From Candidatus Cloacimonadales bacterium (lineage in GTDB: Bacteria > Cloacimonadota > Cloacimonadia > Cloacimonadales > JAIOQZ01), in NCBI GenBank assembly GCA_963665815.1, contig OY762463.1, positions 160,001 through 224,000 of the forward strand: a stretch of 64,000 nucleotides of DNA, given 5' to 3'. Positions 51,727 to 62,480 of this stretch are shown here, piece after piece (the first letter of the stretch is position 1; each line of letters starts with the position of its first letter). Below the pieces are notes generated by a model. It did not search any database and was not told where the DNA came from. It saw only the letters and a program-made list of their open reading frames with translations. Made by a program: the position numbers and the translations under genes.

Positions 51727-54700
51727 ATGAGTGATTATAAGCAAACAAAGTTATGGAAAGAATTTGAATCGAAGGCTGATGTTGACAATGTTGTTGAAGT
51801 TGAATCACATATTAAAAAAGCAATTTCTAAACTAAAATTAGTAAGAGATACATTTCCCGCATACACATTACACGACGAAGAGCATTCTTTGAATGTCCTT
51901 AAATTAATGGGTGAACTTCTAGGCGATAGTATGCAGTATGTAGATAGTTTAGAACTCGTAATGCTTATTCTGAGCGCATATTATCATGATATTGGAATGG
52001 TTTACTCTAATTCAGAAAAAGATGCAATCAAGGACAATCCTCTTTTTAACGATTTTCTGAAAAGTAATCCAAAATACAAATTGAGAATTGCTGAATTGCA
52101 AAAAAATAAAAGTTCATTACCTGAAGATATTGTCCAGGCTTTCTGTCGTTGGAATCATCCACAGAAGAGCTATGATGATATTATGATTCAGGAAGGGATG
52201 AAATATGGAAAGATAACAATCAATAAAAAATTAGCCCTCCTTTGTCAAAGTCATGGGAATAGCATATATGAGGCAAAAAATAATGAAGCATTATTGGCAA
52301 ACTTCCATGAAAATACAGATTTACTCTTTTGCGCAATTATCCTGAGATTAGCTGACATCATGGATTTTGATTACTCCAGAACTCCTGAAGAGATATATCA
52401 GTATTTATCGTTATCATCTGAAACAAGTTCAAGTGCTAAAATTAGTAATGTAGAATGGTTGAAGCATATAGATTCAGAAGGTTTTTCATTTCCAAGAAAT
52501 GGAAGAAAAAACAATTATGCAATTAGTTTTCATGCACAACCGGATAAACCAATTATTGAAAAGGGTATCAGAGAATTCTTAAAAATAATTGAAAATGAGA
52601 TAAATGATTGTATTGCTGCACTTCGATATTGTTCAGACAGATGGAAGAACTTCAAACTTCCATCTAGTTATATTAATAAAGACAATATTTGTAGTCAAGG
52701 ATACACATATGGAGAATATCGATTTACCCTCGACCATGATAATGTGCTTAAGCTACTAATAGGTGAAAACTTATATTCAGACGATTTTGTTTTCATTAGA
52801 GAATTGCTTCAAAATTCAATAGATACCTCAAGATTCAGAGAAAGTTATGAAAAAGGAAGAGGAAATTCAGATTTTAAGTGTGAACCAATAAATATAACAT
52901 CATGGAGAGATGCGACTGGCTATGTTTGGTTTAGGATTGATGATTATGGAATGGGAATGAGTAAGGAGATAATTGAGAAATATTTCCTTCAGATAGGTCG
53001 ATCATATTATAATTCTGATGATTTCAAATTGGATACTCTTACTGACAAAAACAAGCTTGTACCGATTAGCAGATTTGGTATTGGTATTCTTTCTTGTTTT
53101 ATTGTTGGCGACCAAATTGAATTGAGCACAAGATATATTAAGAACGACGTTGCTAGAAATGCAATTAGAATGACAATGGAAGGGTCTTCAGGTTTCTTTA
53201 CGATGATGCATGAATATAATAACCTCAAAGCTAGTTCGATGCCTGCAAAATATGGGGAGTCTAATGATTATCGGAAAGCTGATGAATATGGAACATCTAT
53301 TGCAGTCAGGTTAAAACAATCATTCAGTTTTGATGAATTAGATTTCACTGAAGAAATAAAGAACTATGTATCTTTTTCTCCAATACAGATTCAGCATAAT
53401 GATATGTCTATTGGTTGCGATTATGATCGTATTCTCTATCCATGGATAAAAGATTATAAAATTGATCTTCCTAATGAAATTGTTTTACAGTTAGAAGAAG
53501 TTCTCAAAATGGACTTTGAGGATGGAATTAAGATTGGTTTATACACTATTGACATTACAAGACTTTCGCAAAACCCGAGCATAAAAGGACAAGTTCTTTA
53601 TATAAAACTTGAAATTTCAGATAGAGATAAGAAAACAATAGGTATAGAGTATAAAAGAGAAGTAAAGATTATTTTTGACAATATCTCAAGAACTTTTGAA
53701 CTTGATGTAAGATTTCGAGATGATGACACATTGAAGAGAATAGTATATATAGATGATAGAATAAACTATCTCAATATATCAATAAGATATGGCCTTCAAA
53801 AACTACTAGGTTATAATAAAGCAAAAGTAGAACTAATTCACAGTATCTTGGATAATGCATTCAGATTCAAAAAAGAAGATATAACAGATTTAAAAGAAGT
53901 CATGAATGCTAATGAAGATTTGGATTATCTAATGAGTGAAATAGATGCATTATATGATCAGATTACCGAATATAAAAATCTAAAAAAACTTAAGCATAAA
54001 GCTCTTATACATAAAAAAATATCTCTAGACCATTGCTTATGTGATGTCGAGAATATTTACCCTGTATTCAGTAAGTTTCACTTAACTTATAATGGAATTA
54101 ATTTACCCCAAAGTTTATTTGATGCGTTAGAGTTGAGTAACACAGAAGATGGAATATTACTTGGAGTCTGTGCATTATTTGATGAGCTAAGACCAGAAAT
54201 GTTAATTTCAAGAGATAGAGTAAGATTTATGCCCATTGAAATCTATTTGGCATTGCACTTCCCTTTATACAAAGCTCTAATGGACATTGATAATTGCATT
54301 TATAGTCCTTTTTATGGATACTATTATTTTAGTCAGGAAGGCTATAAGAAGTATTATCAACACAACTTAGTTTCATTTAAAGATACTTGGAAAGCTGAAA
54401 AAATTTTTTATACACAAAATGGTTTCTTGTCTATCTCTGATATTGATGAACTTATATGTATTAGTAATGAAATATACTTAACAGATTCTGAAGATGTTTT
54501 TTTTGGTAGTCTACACAAAAGTATACAATCTTTTAGTCTAGTAAAAGCACTTCTACTACAAACGAATTATTCTATTTCTTATATAAATAAATCTATTGTT
54601 ATTTCAAGAGTTTTAGAAAATGAGGAAAAGGAAATTTTTACGTATTTTCCACCTGTTTTCTTTATTGCTTATCAGAAGGAATCAAGAATTCTTAAGGCTA

Positions 54701-54948
54701 ACAATATACCACTTAATATAAACCATGATTTGTCAACATGGTTAATTGGGAATGCCCCCTTCTTATTCAATAATTATTCTAAGGTTTTTAATTTTTTGAT
54801 TGAAAAGCTTATGCGAATTGATAGATTGGAAAGTATTGATATTGCTGAAATAAACTTAAAATTGGATAAATTAAATGAAATCAATTCCAGTGAATACATA
54901 AAGGCAAATTTCAAAATTTCTGAAGCAGATTTTGAATTTACTGAATAG
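51727..54948 (+). CDS. HD-superfamily phosphohydrolase (HD-CE-like) fused to an HSP90-like GHKL ATPase; putative conflict/defence protein
   Basis: YTLHDEEHS, YYHDIGM, NHP, QSHG, LRLADIMD; ENLYS..FIRELLQNSIDT, IDDYGMGM, ISRFGIGILSCF, YGTSI; AT-rich; ATG 51727 (track start TTG 51718). Confidence 0.8.
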   Translation: MSDYKQTKLWKEFESKADVDNVVEVESHIKKAISKLKLVRDTFPAYTLHDEEHSLNVLKLMGELLGDSMQYVDSLELVMLILSAYYHDIGMVYSNSEKDAIKDNPLFNDFLKSNPKYKLRIAELQKNKSSLPEDIVQAFCRWNHPQKSYDDIMIQEGMKYGKITINKKLALLCQSHGNSIYEAKNNEALLANFHENTDLLFCAIILRLADIMDFDYSRTPEEIYQYLSLSSETSSSAKISNVEWLKHIDSEGFSFPRNGRKNNYAISFHAQPDKPIIEKGIREFLKIIENEINDCIAALRYCSDRWKNFKLPSSYINKDNICSQGYTYGEYRFTLDHDNVLKLLIGENLYSDDFVFIRELLQNSIDTSRFRESYEKGRGNSDFKCEPINITSWRDATGYVWFRIDDYGMGMSKEIIEKYFLQIGRSYYNSDDFKLDTLTDKNKLVPISRFGIGILSCFIVGDQIELSTRYIKNDVARNAIRMTMEGSSGFFTMMHEYNNLKASSMPAKYGESNDYRKADEYGTSIAVRLKQSFSFDELDFTEEIKNYVSFSPIQIQHNDMSIGCDYDRILYPWIKDYKIDLPNEIVLQLEEVLKMDFEDGIKIGLYTIDITRLSQNPSIKGQVLYIKLEISDRDKKTIGIEYKREVKIIFDNISRTFELDVRFRDDDTLKRIVYIDDRINYLNISIRYGLQKLLGYNKAKVELIHSILDNAFRFKKEDITDLKEVMNANEDLDYLMSEIDALYDQITEYKNLKKLKHKALIHKKISLDHCLCDVENIYPVFSKFHLTYNGINLPQSLFDALELSNTEDGILLGVCALFDELRPEMLISRDRVRFMPIEIYLALHFPLYKALMDIDNCIYSPFYGYYYFSQEGYKKYYQHNLVSFKDTWKAEKIFYTQNGFLSISDIDELICISNEIYLTDSEDVFFGSLHKSIQSFSLVKALLLQTNYSISYINKSIVISRVLENEEKEIFTYFPPVFFIAYQKESRILKANNIPLNINHDLSTWLIGNAPFLFNNYSKVFNFLIEKLMRIDRLESIDIAEINLKLDKLNEINSSEYIKANFKISEADFEFTE

Positions 54949-55020
54949 TCATTAGTAATCTTTCTATATCTCTCATCCCCATTACCCCCCCCAACCTTTT
55001 ACGTCAACTCTAAAATTAAA

Positions 55021-55103
55021 ACGTGAAAAAAATCACGAAAAACTCTTGACTCTTTTTGCGGGAATTTTTAATCGTGATTTATATAACGTTATAAATTCAC
55101 GAT
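55021..55103 (+). promoter_or_regulatory. rex-hyd promoter with Rex-box-like operators
   Basis: ACGTGAAAAAAATCACGA (55021-55038); TTGACT at 55046-55051; ATCGTGA..TCACGAT imperfect IR (55071-55103); resemble TTGTGAA-N4-TTCACAA. Confidence 0.65.
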
Positions 55104-55117
55104 AAGGAGTACTCAAT

Positions 55118-55750
55118 ATGAAAAGAGAAATACCTGTAGCGGTCATCAGAAGGATGCCGAAGTATCACAGAGAACTGTTAATACTAGATCAGGCGGGAGA
55201 AGATTTCGTCTCAACCCCTAAACTGGCAGCAGCAACCGGCGTGCACGATTCACAGATCAGAAAAGATATCGGGCTTACCGGACTTCGGGGAATTCCTAAG
55301 AAAGGACACAAAATCAAGGATCTCATTTCAGCTATTGAGACATTCCTTAACTGGAACGATGTTTCCTCAGCATTTCTTATCGGTGTTGGAAACATTGGTA
55401 AAGCATTACTCAACTATACTAACTATGAGCAATATGGTTTGAAAATCATCGCAGCATTTGATACTAACCCGGAAGTGGTTGGGCAGAAGATCAACGATAT
55501 CCAGGTTTTTCCTGTCGAGAAGCTGGAGAATCTTGTGCAGAGACTTAAGGTTCCTGTCGGAGTAATAACCGTGCCTGCAGACGCAGCACAGGAAACTGCT
55601 GACATGCTTGTTAAGAGCGGGATCAAGGGCATCTGGAATTTTGCACCGGTCACACTTGATCTCCCGGAACACATAATTCTCGAAAATGTCAATCTATACC
55701 ATGGACTGGGAGTCCTGTCAAAACGTCTGAAAGAAAAGTTAAACCCTTAA
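55118..55750 (+). CDS. rex: Redox-sensing transcriptional repressor Rex
   Basis: IRRMPKY, QIRKD, IGVGNIGKAL, AAFD, ITVP, IWNFAP. Confidence 0.93.
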   Translation: MKREIPVAVIRRMPKYHRELLILDQAGEDFVSTPKLAAATGVHDSQIRKDIGLTGLRGIPKKGHKIKDLISAIETFLNWNDVSSAFLIGVGNIGKALLNYTNYEQYGLKIIAAFDTNPEVVGQKINDIQVFPVEKLENLVQRLKVPVGVITVPADAAQETADMLVKSGIKGIWNFAPVTLDLPEHIILENVNLYHGLGVLSKRLKEKLNP

Positions 55751-55824
55751 CACTATTACTTCATGAGAGTCTTACGCTTAAGAAGCATGTAAACGTAACA
55801 AGATCTCTTAATGATGGAGGAAGA

Positions 55825-56322
55825 ATGAACAATACAGAAAACATGAATCAGTTTGAAAAAGTTGTTGAAATCGTTGAAAAGTATAATAACGATCCGACAA
55901 AATTAATTCCTATAATGCAGGCTATTCAGGAAGAATACAGATACCTGCCACAGGAAATTCTTACATCCGTAGCCGTTATGCTTGGTGTTTCACCTGCAAA
56001 AGTATACGGGATTGCCACTTTTTACTCACATTTCTCACTTGAGCCTAAAGGCAAATACATTATTAAAATATGTGATGGAACTGCATGTCATGTAAAAGGA
56101 TCAGGAGTACTGATCGAGAAAATGAAAGAACATCTCAAACTTGGAGAAGATCAGACAACAACCCCGGATATGCTGTTTACTCTCGAAAGCGTTTCCTGCC
56201 TCGGAGCATGCGGACTTGCTCCCGTAGTAGTTATCAATGATGACGTTTACGGACAGTTAACAGCGGCTAAAGGCGTATCACTTATTGATGAAATCAGAAC
56301 AAAGGAGCAGGATAATGTATAA
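55825..56322 (+). CDS. hydC: [FeFe]-hydrogenase gamma subunit (NuoE-like, 2Fe-2S)
   Basis: ATFYSHF, CDGTACHVKG, CLGACGLAP. Confidence 0.9.
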   Translation: MNNTENMNQFEKVVEIVEKYNNDPTKLIPIMQAIQEEYRYLPQEILTSVAVMLGVSPAKVYGIATFYSHFSLEPKGKYIIKICDGTACHVKGSGVLIEKMKEHLKLGEDQTTTPDMLFTLESVSCLGACGLAPVVVINDDVYGQLTAAKGVSLIDEIRTKEQDNV

Positions 56323-58213
56323 CAAAACACTTGAAAGCATTAAAGAAAGTTATTCATCAGCTACCGGAAACATCAAAAAAAGAATCGTTGTCTGTGCAGG
56401 AACAGGTTGTATAGCTAACGGCTCCAGAGGGGTTTACGATGAGTTAGTTAAAGTAATGAATGAACTTGGTGTTGAATCAGTTGTTGATATTGCAATGGAA
56501 GACTGTCACGATGGTAAGGTTCATCTTTCCGAAAGCGGCTGTCAGGGATTCTGTCAGGTTGGTCCTCTTGTAACTGTTCTCCCTGATGATATTCTGTATG
56601 TTCATGTAAAGAAAGAATCTGCCAGAGATATAATCGAAAAAACAATATTGAACAATGAAATAGTAGAAGAATTATTATACACTAATCCCGTTGATAAACA
56701 GCATTACAAAGGTCACCATGAAATTCCTTTCTACAAGCTTCAGACCAGAAACGTAATTGCTCAGTGCGGTGTAATAGATCCGGGCGATCTTAACGAATAC
56801 ATTGCAAAGGACGGATATAAATCAGCAAGAGACGTAATCACGAACCTGACAGAGGAAGAGACTTGTCAGTATATTCTTGATTCAGGTCTTCGCGGACGCG
56901 GCGGCGGTGGATTTCTTACAGGTAGAAAATGGATGTTCGCACAAAAGAAAGCTGCTGATAAGAAATACATAATCTGTAATGGAGATGAGGGAGACCCTGG
57001 TGCATTCATGGACAGATCACTTCTGGAAGGTAATCCTCATTCAGTTCTGGAAGGTATGATGATTGCTGCCAGAGCAATTGGTGCAGACGAAGGCTACATC
57101 TATGTAAGAGTTGAGTATCCGCTTGCTGTACAGAGAGTAAGAAGAGCGATCAGGGATGCGGAAGAAAACGGAATTCTCGGAAACAACGTATTCGGAACAG
57201 ACTTTAGTTTTAAAATAAATGTAATGGAAGGTGCAGGTGCGTTTGTCTGTGGTGAAGAAACAGCTCTTATCGCTTCAATTGAAGGTCAGAGAGGTATGCC
57301 GAAACCTAAACCGCCTTTTCCTGCTGATAAAGGATTATTTGGTAAACCGACTATCATCAACAACGTCGAAACACTTTCAACTATCCCGCTTATTTTCCTT
57401 CAGGGGAACGAAGCTTATACTAAAGTAGGAACAGAAAGCTCTCCTGGAACCAAAACTTTTGCACTCACCGGACATGTTGCTAACACAGGACTTATTGAAG
57501 TACCTTTCGGGTCAACTGTCAGAGATATTGTATTTAACATTGGTGGTGGAGTAATTGATAATGATGGTAACGTAGACAACTCCCAGTTTAAAGCAGTACA
57601 GATTGGTGGGCCGTCCGGGGGATGCCTTACCGAAGAACACCTCGATGTTCCGCTTGACTTTGATTCTCTGACCTCGATTGGTGCTATGGTTGGCTCCGGC
57701 GGACTTGTTGTCATGAACAAAAGCACCTGTATCGTGCAGATTGCCAGATTCTTCATGAACTTCACCCAGAACGAAAGCTGTGGAAAATGTGTTCCATGTA
57801 GAGAAGGAACAAGCCAGATGCTGAGACTCCTTGATGATATTATTGAAGGAAACGGATCTCTTGAAACTCTGGATCTTCTGGAAAAAACAGCAAAGACGGT
57901 TAAAAGTGCATCACTCTGCGGACTGGGTAAATCAGCTCCAAGTCCTGTACTCTCAACCCTGAAGTACTTCAGAGAAGAATATGAAAAGCATGTTGTTAAA
58001 GGATACTGCCCGACAGGTCAATGTAAAGCATTAACGGTATATTCAATTGATCCTGAGCTTTGTAAAGGCTGTACACTTTGCAAAAGAGCCTGCCCGGTAG
58101 ATGCAATAACCGGTGATGTTAGACAACCACATATTATAGACCCTGAAAAATGCATTAAATGCGGAGCATGCGTTGCTACCTGTAAATTCAATGCAATCAA
58201 TGGAGGTGCATAG
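56315..58213 (+). CDS. hydB: [FeFe]-hydrogenase beta subunit (NuoF-like, FMN/NADH)
   Basis: N-terminal CAGTGC..GCQGFC; GRGGGGF; CNGDEGDPGAFMD; CGEETAL; GGPSGG; ESCGKCVPCREG; C-terminal 2x[4Fe-4S]; ATG 56315 after AAGGAG. Confidence 0.92.
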   Translation: MYNKTLESIKESYSSATGNIKKRIVVCAGTGCIANGSRGVYDELVKVMNELGVESVVDIAMEDCHDGKVHLSESGCQGFCQVGPLVTVLPDDILYVHVKKESARDIIEKTILNNEIVEELLYTNPVDKQHYKGHHEIPFYKLQTRNVIAQCGVIDPGDLNEYIAKDGYKSARDVITNLTEEETCQYILDSGLRGRGGGGFLTGRKWMFAQKKAADKKYIICNGDEGDPGAFMDRSLLEGNPHSVLEGMMIAARAIGADEGYIYVRVEYPLAVQRVRRAIRDAEENGILGNNVFGTDFSFKINVMEGAGAFVCGEETALIASIEGQRGMPKPKPPFPADKGLFGKPTIINNVETLSTIPLIFLQGNEAYTKVGTESSPGTKTFALTGHVANTGLIEVPFGSTVRDIVFNIGGGVIDNDGNVDNSQFKAVQIGGPSGGCLTEEHLDVPLDFDSLTSIGAMVGSGGLVVMNKSTCIVQIARFFMNFTQNESCGKCVPCREGTSQMLRLLDDIIEGNGSLETLDLLEKTAKTVKSASLCGLGKSAPSPVLSTLKYFREEYEKHVVKGYCPTGQCKALTVYSIDPELCKGCTLCKRACPVDAITGDVRQPHIIDPEKCIKCGACVATCKFNAINGGA

Positions 58214-60225
58214 TGAAAAAAGAAAGAAAATACATGTTTGTAAACAATAGAAAAGTTGAAATTACCGATGAAAAAAATGTTCTTCAGGTAGCAAGAAACG
58301 CCGGTGTAGAAATCCCGACATTCTGTTATCACTCAGAACTCAGTGTTTATGGTGCCTGCCGTCTCTGCCTCGTAGAAATCGAAGGAATGGGAACAGTTGC
58401 ATCATGTACAATCACTCCTCAGGAAGGAATGAGAGTTAAAACGCATACTCAGGAAATCAGAGAAACAAGAAAGACTATCATGGAACTGCTTCTGGCGAAT
58501 CACGATCAGAAATGTACTTCCTGCATTAAAAGCAGTGACTGTAAGCTGAGAGAACTTGCTGACAAAATCGGTGTCGGTGAAAACCATTACAAGCACACCA
58601 AACCTGAATATGAAATGGATACAATCTCAGATTGTCTTATCCGCGACCCTAACAAATGCGTACTCTGCGGTGACTGTGTGAGATATTGCGAAGAGATTCA
58701 GGGAATCGGTGCCATAGACTTTGCCGGCAGAGGTGAAAACGTGATCGTATCACCTGCATTCGGACAGTCAATTGCTCATGTGGACTGTATAAACTGCGGT
58801 CAATGTGCTGCTGTGTGTCCGACCGGTGCAATCGTACCTAAGGGACAGATTGATGATGTCTGGAATGTAATCAACGATGATACAAAAACTGTTGTAGCTC
58901 AGGTAGCTCCGGCTGTAAGAGTAGCTCTTGGTGAAATGTTCGGATACAAAGCCGGAGAACTCACAATAGGTGAAATGACAGGCGTTATGAAAATGATGGG
59001 ATTCAACAAGGTATATGATACATCATTTGCGGCAGACCTTACTACACTGGAAGAAGCTAACGAATTCATACAGAGAAAACAGAATGGCGGAAAGCTTCCT
59101 ATATTCACATCATGTTGTCCTGCCTGGGTGAAATATGCTGAGCAGTCACTTCCTGAGCTGCTTCCTAATCTTTCATCCTGTAAATCACCTCAGCAGATGT
59201 TTGGTTCAGTTGCCAAAGAAGAACTCCCTGAAATGCTGAAAGTAGATAAGAAAGATCTGGTTGTTGTTTCAATCATGCCATGTACAGCAAAAAAATTCGA
59301 AGCAAGAAGACCTGAATTCAGCAAAGACGGAGTTAAAGAAGTAGATTATGTCCTTACAACTAAAGAACTGGGACTCATGATAAAAGAAGCAGGCATAATG
59401 TTCAATGAAATCAATCCTGAATCAATGGACCTTCCTTACGGATTCGCAACAGGAGCAGGTGTTATTTTTGGTAACACTGGTGGTGTAACAGAGTCTGTAC
59501 TGAGATATGTTGGTTCATTAACAGACAGCGAAGTATACGCTGATTCTGATTTTGAAGATATTCGCGGATTTGAGGGAGTTAAAGAAACTCAGGTTACTGT
59601 CGGTGATCTTAAACTCAAACTTGCGGTAGTTCACGGGATCAAGAACGCTAAGAGTCTGGCAGACAAGATTCAGGCTGGTGAAGTTGAATATGATATCGTA
59701 GAAGTAATGGCTTGCCCGGGCGGATGTATCGGTGGAGCGGGACAACCTGTAACACACAACGAAAAAATACGTCAGGCACGTGCAAAAGGTATATATCATG
59801 CTGACAAGATCATGCAGCTTCATAAACCTGATGACAACCCATTTATAAAAGAATTGTACACCAGAAAACTCAAAGAACCGGGAAGCAGTGTTGCTCACGA
59901 GTTACTCCATACCAAATACAAAATGCGTAAAAGAATTCAGACTAACGACATTCAGGTAATGCAGTCTGAAAATCCTGATGCAGTAAAAGTAAGTGTATGT
60001 GTAGGAACCGGATGCTTTATCAGAGGATCAAGAAAAGTACTTACTGACCTGACAAAGCTTGTAGCGAATGATCCGCTTAAAGACAAAGTCAATATTTGTG
60101 CAACCTTCTGCAGTGAAAACTGCGATAAAGGTCCTACAGTGACTATCGGAGATGACAAAGTATATAAAGCTGATGCAGATACAGTAATGACGGTTTTGAG
60201 AGAGCGAATTAACGCGCATAGTTAG
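58213..60225 (+). CDS. hydA: [FeFe]-hydrogenase catalytic alpha subunit (group A3-type) with C-terminal 2Fe-2S domain
   Basis: H-cluster motifs TSCCPAW, MPCTAKKFE, EVMACPGGCIGGAG; N-terminal Fe-S motifs; C-terminal CVGTGC..CSENC. Confidence 0.93.
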   Translation: MKKERKYMFVNNRKVEITDEKNVLQVARNAGVEIPTFCYHSELSVYGACRLCLVEIEGMGTVASCTITPQEGMRVKTHTQEIRETRKTIMELLLANHDQKCTSCIKSSDCKLRELADKIGVGENHYKHTKPEYEMDTISDCLIRDPNKCVLCGDCVRYCEEIQGIGAIDFAGRGENVIVSPAFGQSIAHVDCINCGQCAAVCPTGAIVPKGQIDDVWNVINDDTKTVVAQVAPAVRVALGEMFGYKAGELTIGEMTGVMKMMGFNKVYDTSFAADLTTLEEANEFIQRKQNGGKLPIFTSCCPAWVKYAEQSLPELLPNLSSCKSPQQMFGSVAKEELPEMLKVDKKDLVVVSIMPCTAKKFEARRPEFSKDGVKEVDYVLTTKELGLMIKEAGIMFNEINPESMDLPYGFATGAGVIFGNTGGVTESVLRYVGSLTDSEVYADSDFEDIRGFEGVKETQVTVGDLKLKLAVVHGIKNAKSLADKIQAGEVEYDIVEVMACPGGCIGGAGQPVTHNEKIRQARAKGIYHADKIMQLHKPDDNPFIKELYTRKLKEPGSSVAHELLHTKYKMRKRIQTNDIQVMQSENPDAVKVSVCVGTGCFIRGSRKVLTDLTKLVANDPLKDKVNICATFCSENCDKGPTVTIGDDKVYKADADTVMTVLRERINAHS

Positions 60226-60361
60226 ACATAAATTAAGATTTGTGATGTAGTTACGGAAGTTTGGTCGCATTGATAGTTATGTATCGAAGTTCATCTTTTA
60301 TCTCCAGTCAATGCGACTTCTTCTAATCATTAAAATCTTACAAGGACATAAGGTGGTTGAC

Positions 60362-60613
60362 ATGAAACGTGAACCTGAGATAATTATTTGTATGGGAAGT
60401 TCCTGTTTCAGCAGGGGCAATAAAGAGAATCTTGAGATTATTAAAAACTGGCTGTCCCTCCATGATGTTAATGCAGTAGTTAAGCTCCGAGGTACACTAT
60501 GTACTGATAATTGCAGTGCAGGACCCAATATGTGTGTCAACGGGCAATGGTTTCAAGTTCCTGATCGTCAGGTTTTATTGTCAAAACTTAAGAACATGCT
60601 CACGGACAGTTAG
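60362..60613 (+). CDS. hfsA: Thioredoxin-like [2Fe-2S] ferredoxin (HfsA-like)
   Basis: ICMGSSCFSRGN..LCTDNCSAGP; ATG 60362 after AAGGTGG. Confidence 0.8.
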   Translation: MKREPEIIICMGSSCFSRGNKENLEIIKNWLSLHDVNAVVKLRGTLCTDNCSAGPNMCVNGQWFQVPDRQVLLSKLKNMLTDS

Positions 60614-60745
60614 TAAATAGATAAGGAGAGCTTTGCATAACAGCAAAATCAATTAGATTTGAATAGACTTTTCAGATTTAAACCGTATCTTTTACTTATC
60701 AGCCTGTAGAATTAATGAGTCAGATTTAAAACAAAGGATTTTAAC

Positions 60746-62470
60746 ATGAACAAGATTGATCCTATTTATACAGAAAAAACCGAATGTCAGGATTGTTATA
60801 AATGTGTAAGACATTGTCCGGTTAAGGCTATTACCGTGGAAGATGGTAGTGCTGTTGTTGATTCCGAACTGTGTATTTTCTGCGGAAAATGTGTAGAAAT
60901 CTGTCCTGTTGGAGCAAAAAGGATCAGACTTGATCTGTCACTGGCTAAGCAACTGTTGAAACAAAAAGATAGAGTATATGTTTCACTGGCACCATCTTAT
61001 GTCACCGAGTACCCTGATATTCACCCTTCACAGCTTATCCAGGCTATAAAGAGACTTGGCTTCCGGGGCGTTTCTGAAACAGCTATAGGAGCTCAGCTTG
61101 TGAGTGATGAATGTCTCAGCTATATAGAATCGGAAGGGCGGAAGTTCTACATTTCTTCCGCTTGTCCGGTTACAAACAACCTTATATCCAAGTATTTCCC
61201 TGATATTAAAGATAATGTCACAGCAATAATGTCCCCTGTACTGGCTCATTGTACCTTTTTGAAACAGCACTTAGGGGATGATATAGGCATTGTCTTCATC
61301 TCTCCCTGTATTGCAAAAAAGCAGGAAGCAGACAGTTACCCGGATGTTATGGATGTTTCTATCACATTCCGGGATCTGAATCAGTGGTTTGAAGAGGAGC
61401 AGATTAAGCCGGAATACTTAAGGGTTGATGAGGCTCAACAGCCAGTACCTTTTGCAGCGGATGACGGGGCGTACTACCCTATAGACGGTGGTATGAGCCG
61501 TTCCATGAAAGCTGCAGGTTCTATGGATGATATTGTTGTAATGACTTTTTCCGGTATCAGAGATATCAAAGATGCACTCAAGGATATTGAAAAACTCCCT
61601 GATGGTAAAACATATTTTATAGAAGTTCTTGCCTGCGAAGGTGGATGTGTGAACGGACCGTGCTCACAGACAAGAGATTCTACGATTGTCAAAAACAGTC
61701 AGATTCTTAACAGAGGCAAAGACTCGCGCTCAGAGAGTGCTTCTGTGAAAGAAAGCATAAAAATGGAAATTGAGACTGCCGGTTTGCATAAGAAGCAGTA
61801 TACGCTTTCTCAATTGCATGAAGCTCTGTTGAGCGTTGGTAAATACAGCACCAGAGATGAACTTAACTGCGGAGGCTGCGGCTATAACTCTTGTAAGGAA
61901 TTTGCGGCAGCTATGATAGACGGAAAGGCTGAGAAGACCATGTGCGTTTCCTATATGAGGAAGTTGGCTACCAAGAAAGCTAATGCCTTGATGCAGGCTA
62001 TGCCGTCCGGTGTTGTGATTGTTGATAAGGATCTGCGAATTGTTGACTGTAACAAAAAGTTTGTAGAGCTTGTTGGTGGTGATGCCGAGTTTGTTTATGA
62101 AGCTAACCCCGGGCTTGAGGGAGCATATCTCAAAAAGCTGATTGATTTCCATGAGCATTTCTCTAACATGTTTAATTCGGATAATGCTGAGCTTACAATA
62201 AACATAAAGAACAATGATAAATATCTGAATTTGACCTTATTTAACATAGAAGATCAGCGACTGGTCGGAGGTATAATTCAGGATATTACAACACCTTATA
62301 TACAGAGAGATCATGTTATACTTAAAGCAAAGGAAGTTATCCGCAAGAATTTGACTACAGTACAACAGATTGCCTTCCTTCTTGGTGAAAACGCTTCTGA
62401 GAGCGAAGTGATGCTGCAGGAGATAATTGACTCCTTCGGTAGTGCTCAGCATCCGAGAAAAGATTCCTGA
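60746..62470 (+). CDS. hfsB: Putative sensory [FeFe]-hydrogenase (group C, HydS/HfsB-like) with Fe-S and PAS domains
   Basis: 2x[4Fe-4S]; divergent H-cluster motifs SSACP, SPCIAKKQE, EVLACEGGCVNG; LNCGGCGYNSC; PAS-like MPSGVVIVD. Confidence 0.85.
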   Translation: MNKIDPIYTEKTECQDCYKCVRHCPVKAITVEDGSAVVDSELCIFCGKCVEICPVGAKRIRLDLSLAKQLLKQKDRVYVSLAPSYVTEYPDIHPSQLIQAIKRLGFRGVSETAIGAQLVSDECLSYIESEGRKFYISSACPVTNNLISKYFPDIKDNVTAIMSPVLAHCTFLKQHLGDDIGIVFISPCIAKKQEADSYPDVMDVSITFRDLNQWFEEEQIKPEYLRVDEAQQPVPFAADDGAYYPIDGGMSRSMKAAGSMDDIVVMTFSGIRDIKDALKDIEKLPDGKTYFIEVLACEGGCVNGPCSQTRDSTIVKNSQILNRGKDSRSESASVKESIKMEIETAGLHKKQYTLSQLHEALLSVGKYSTRDELNCGGCGYNSCKEFAAAMIDGKAEKTMCVSYMRKLATKKANALMQAMPSGVVIVDKDLRIVDCNKKFVELVGGDAEFVYEANPGLEGAYLKKLIDFHEHFSNMFNSDNAELTINIKNNDKYLNLTLFNIEDQRLVGGIIQDITTPYIQRDHVILKAKEVIRKNLTTVQQIAFLLGENASESEVMLQEIIDSFGSAQHPRKDS

Positions 62471-62480
62471 GGTAAGTCTC

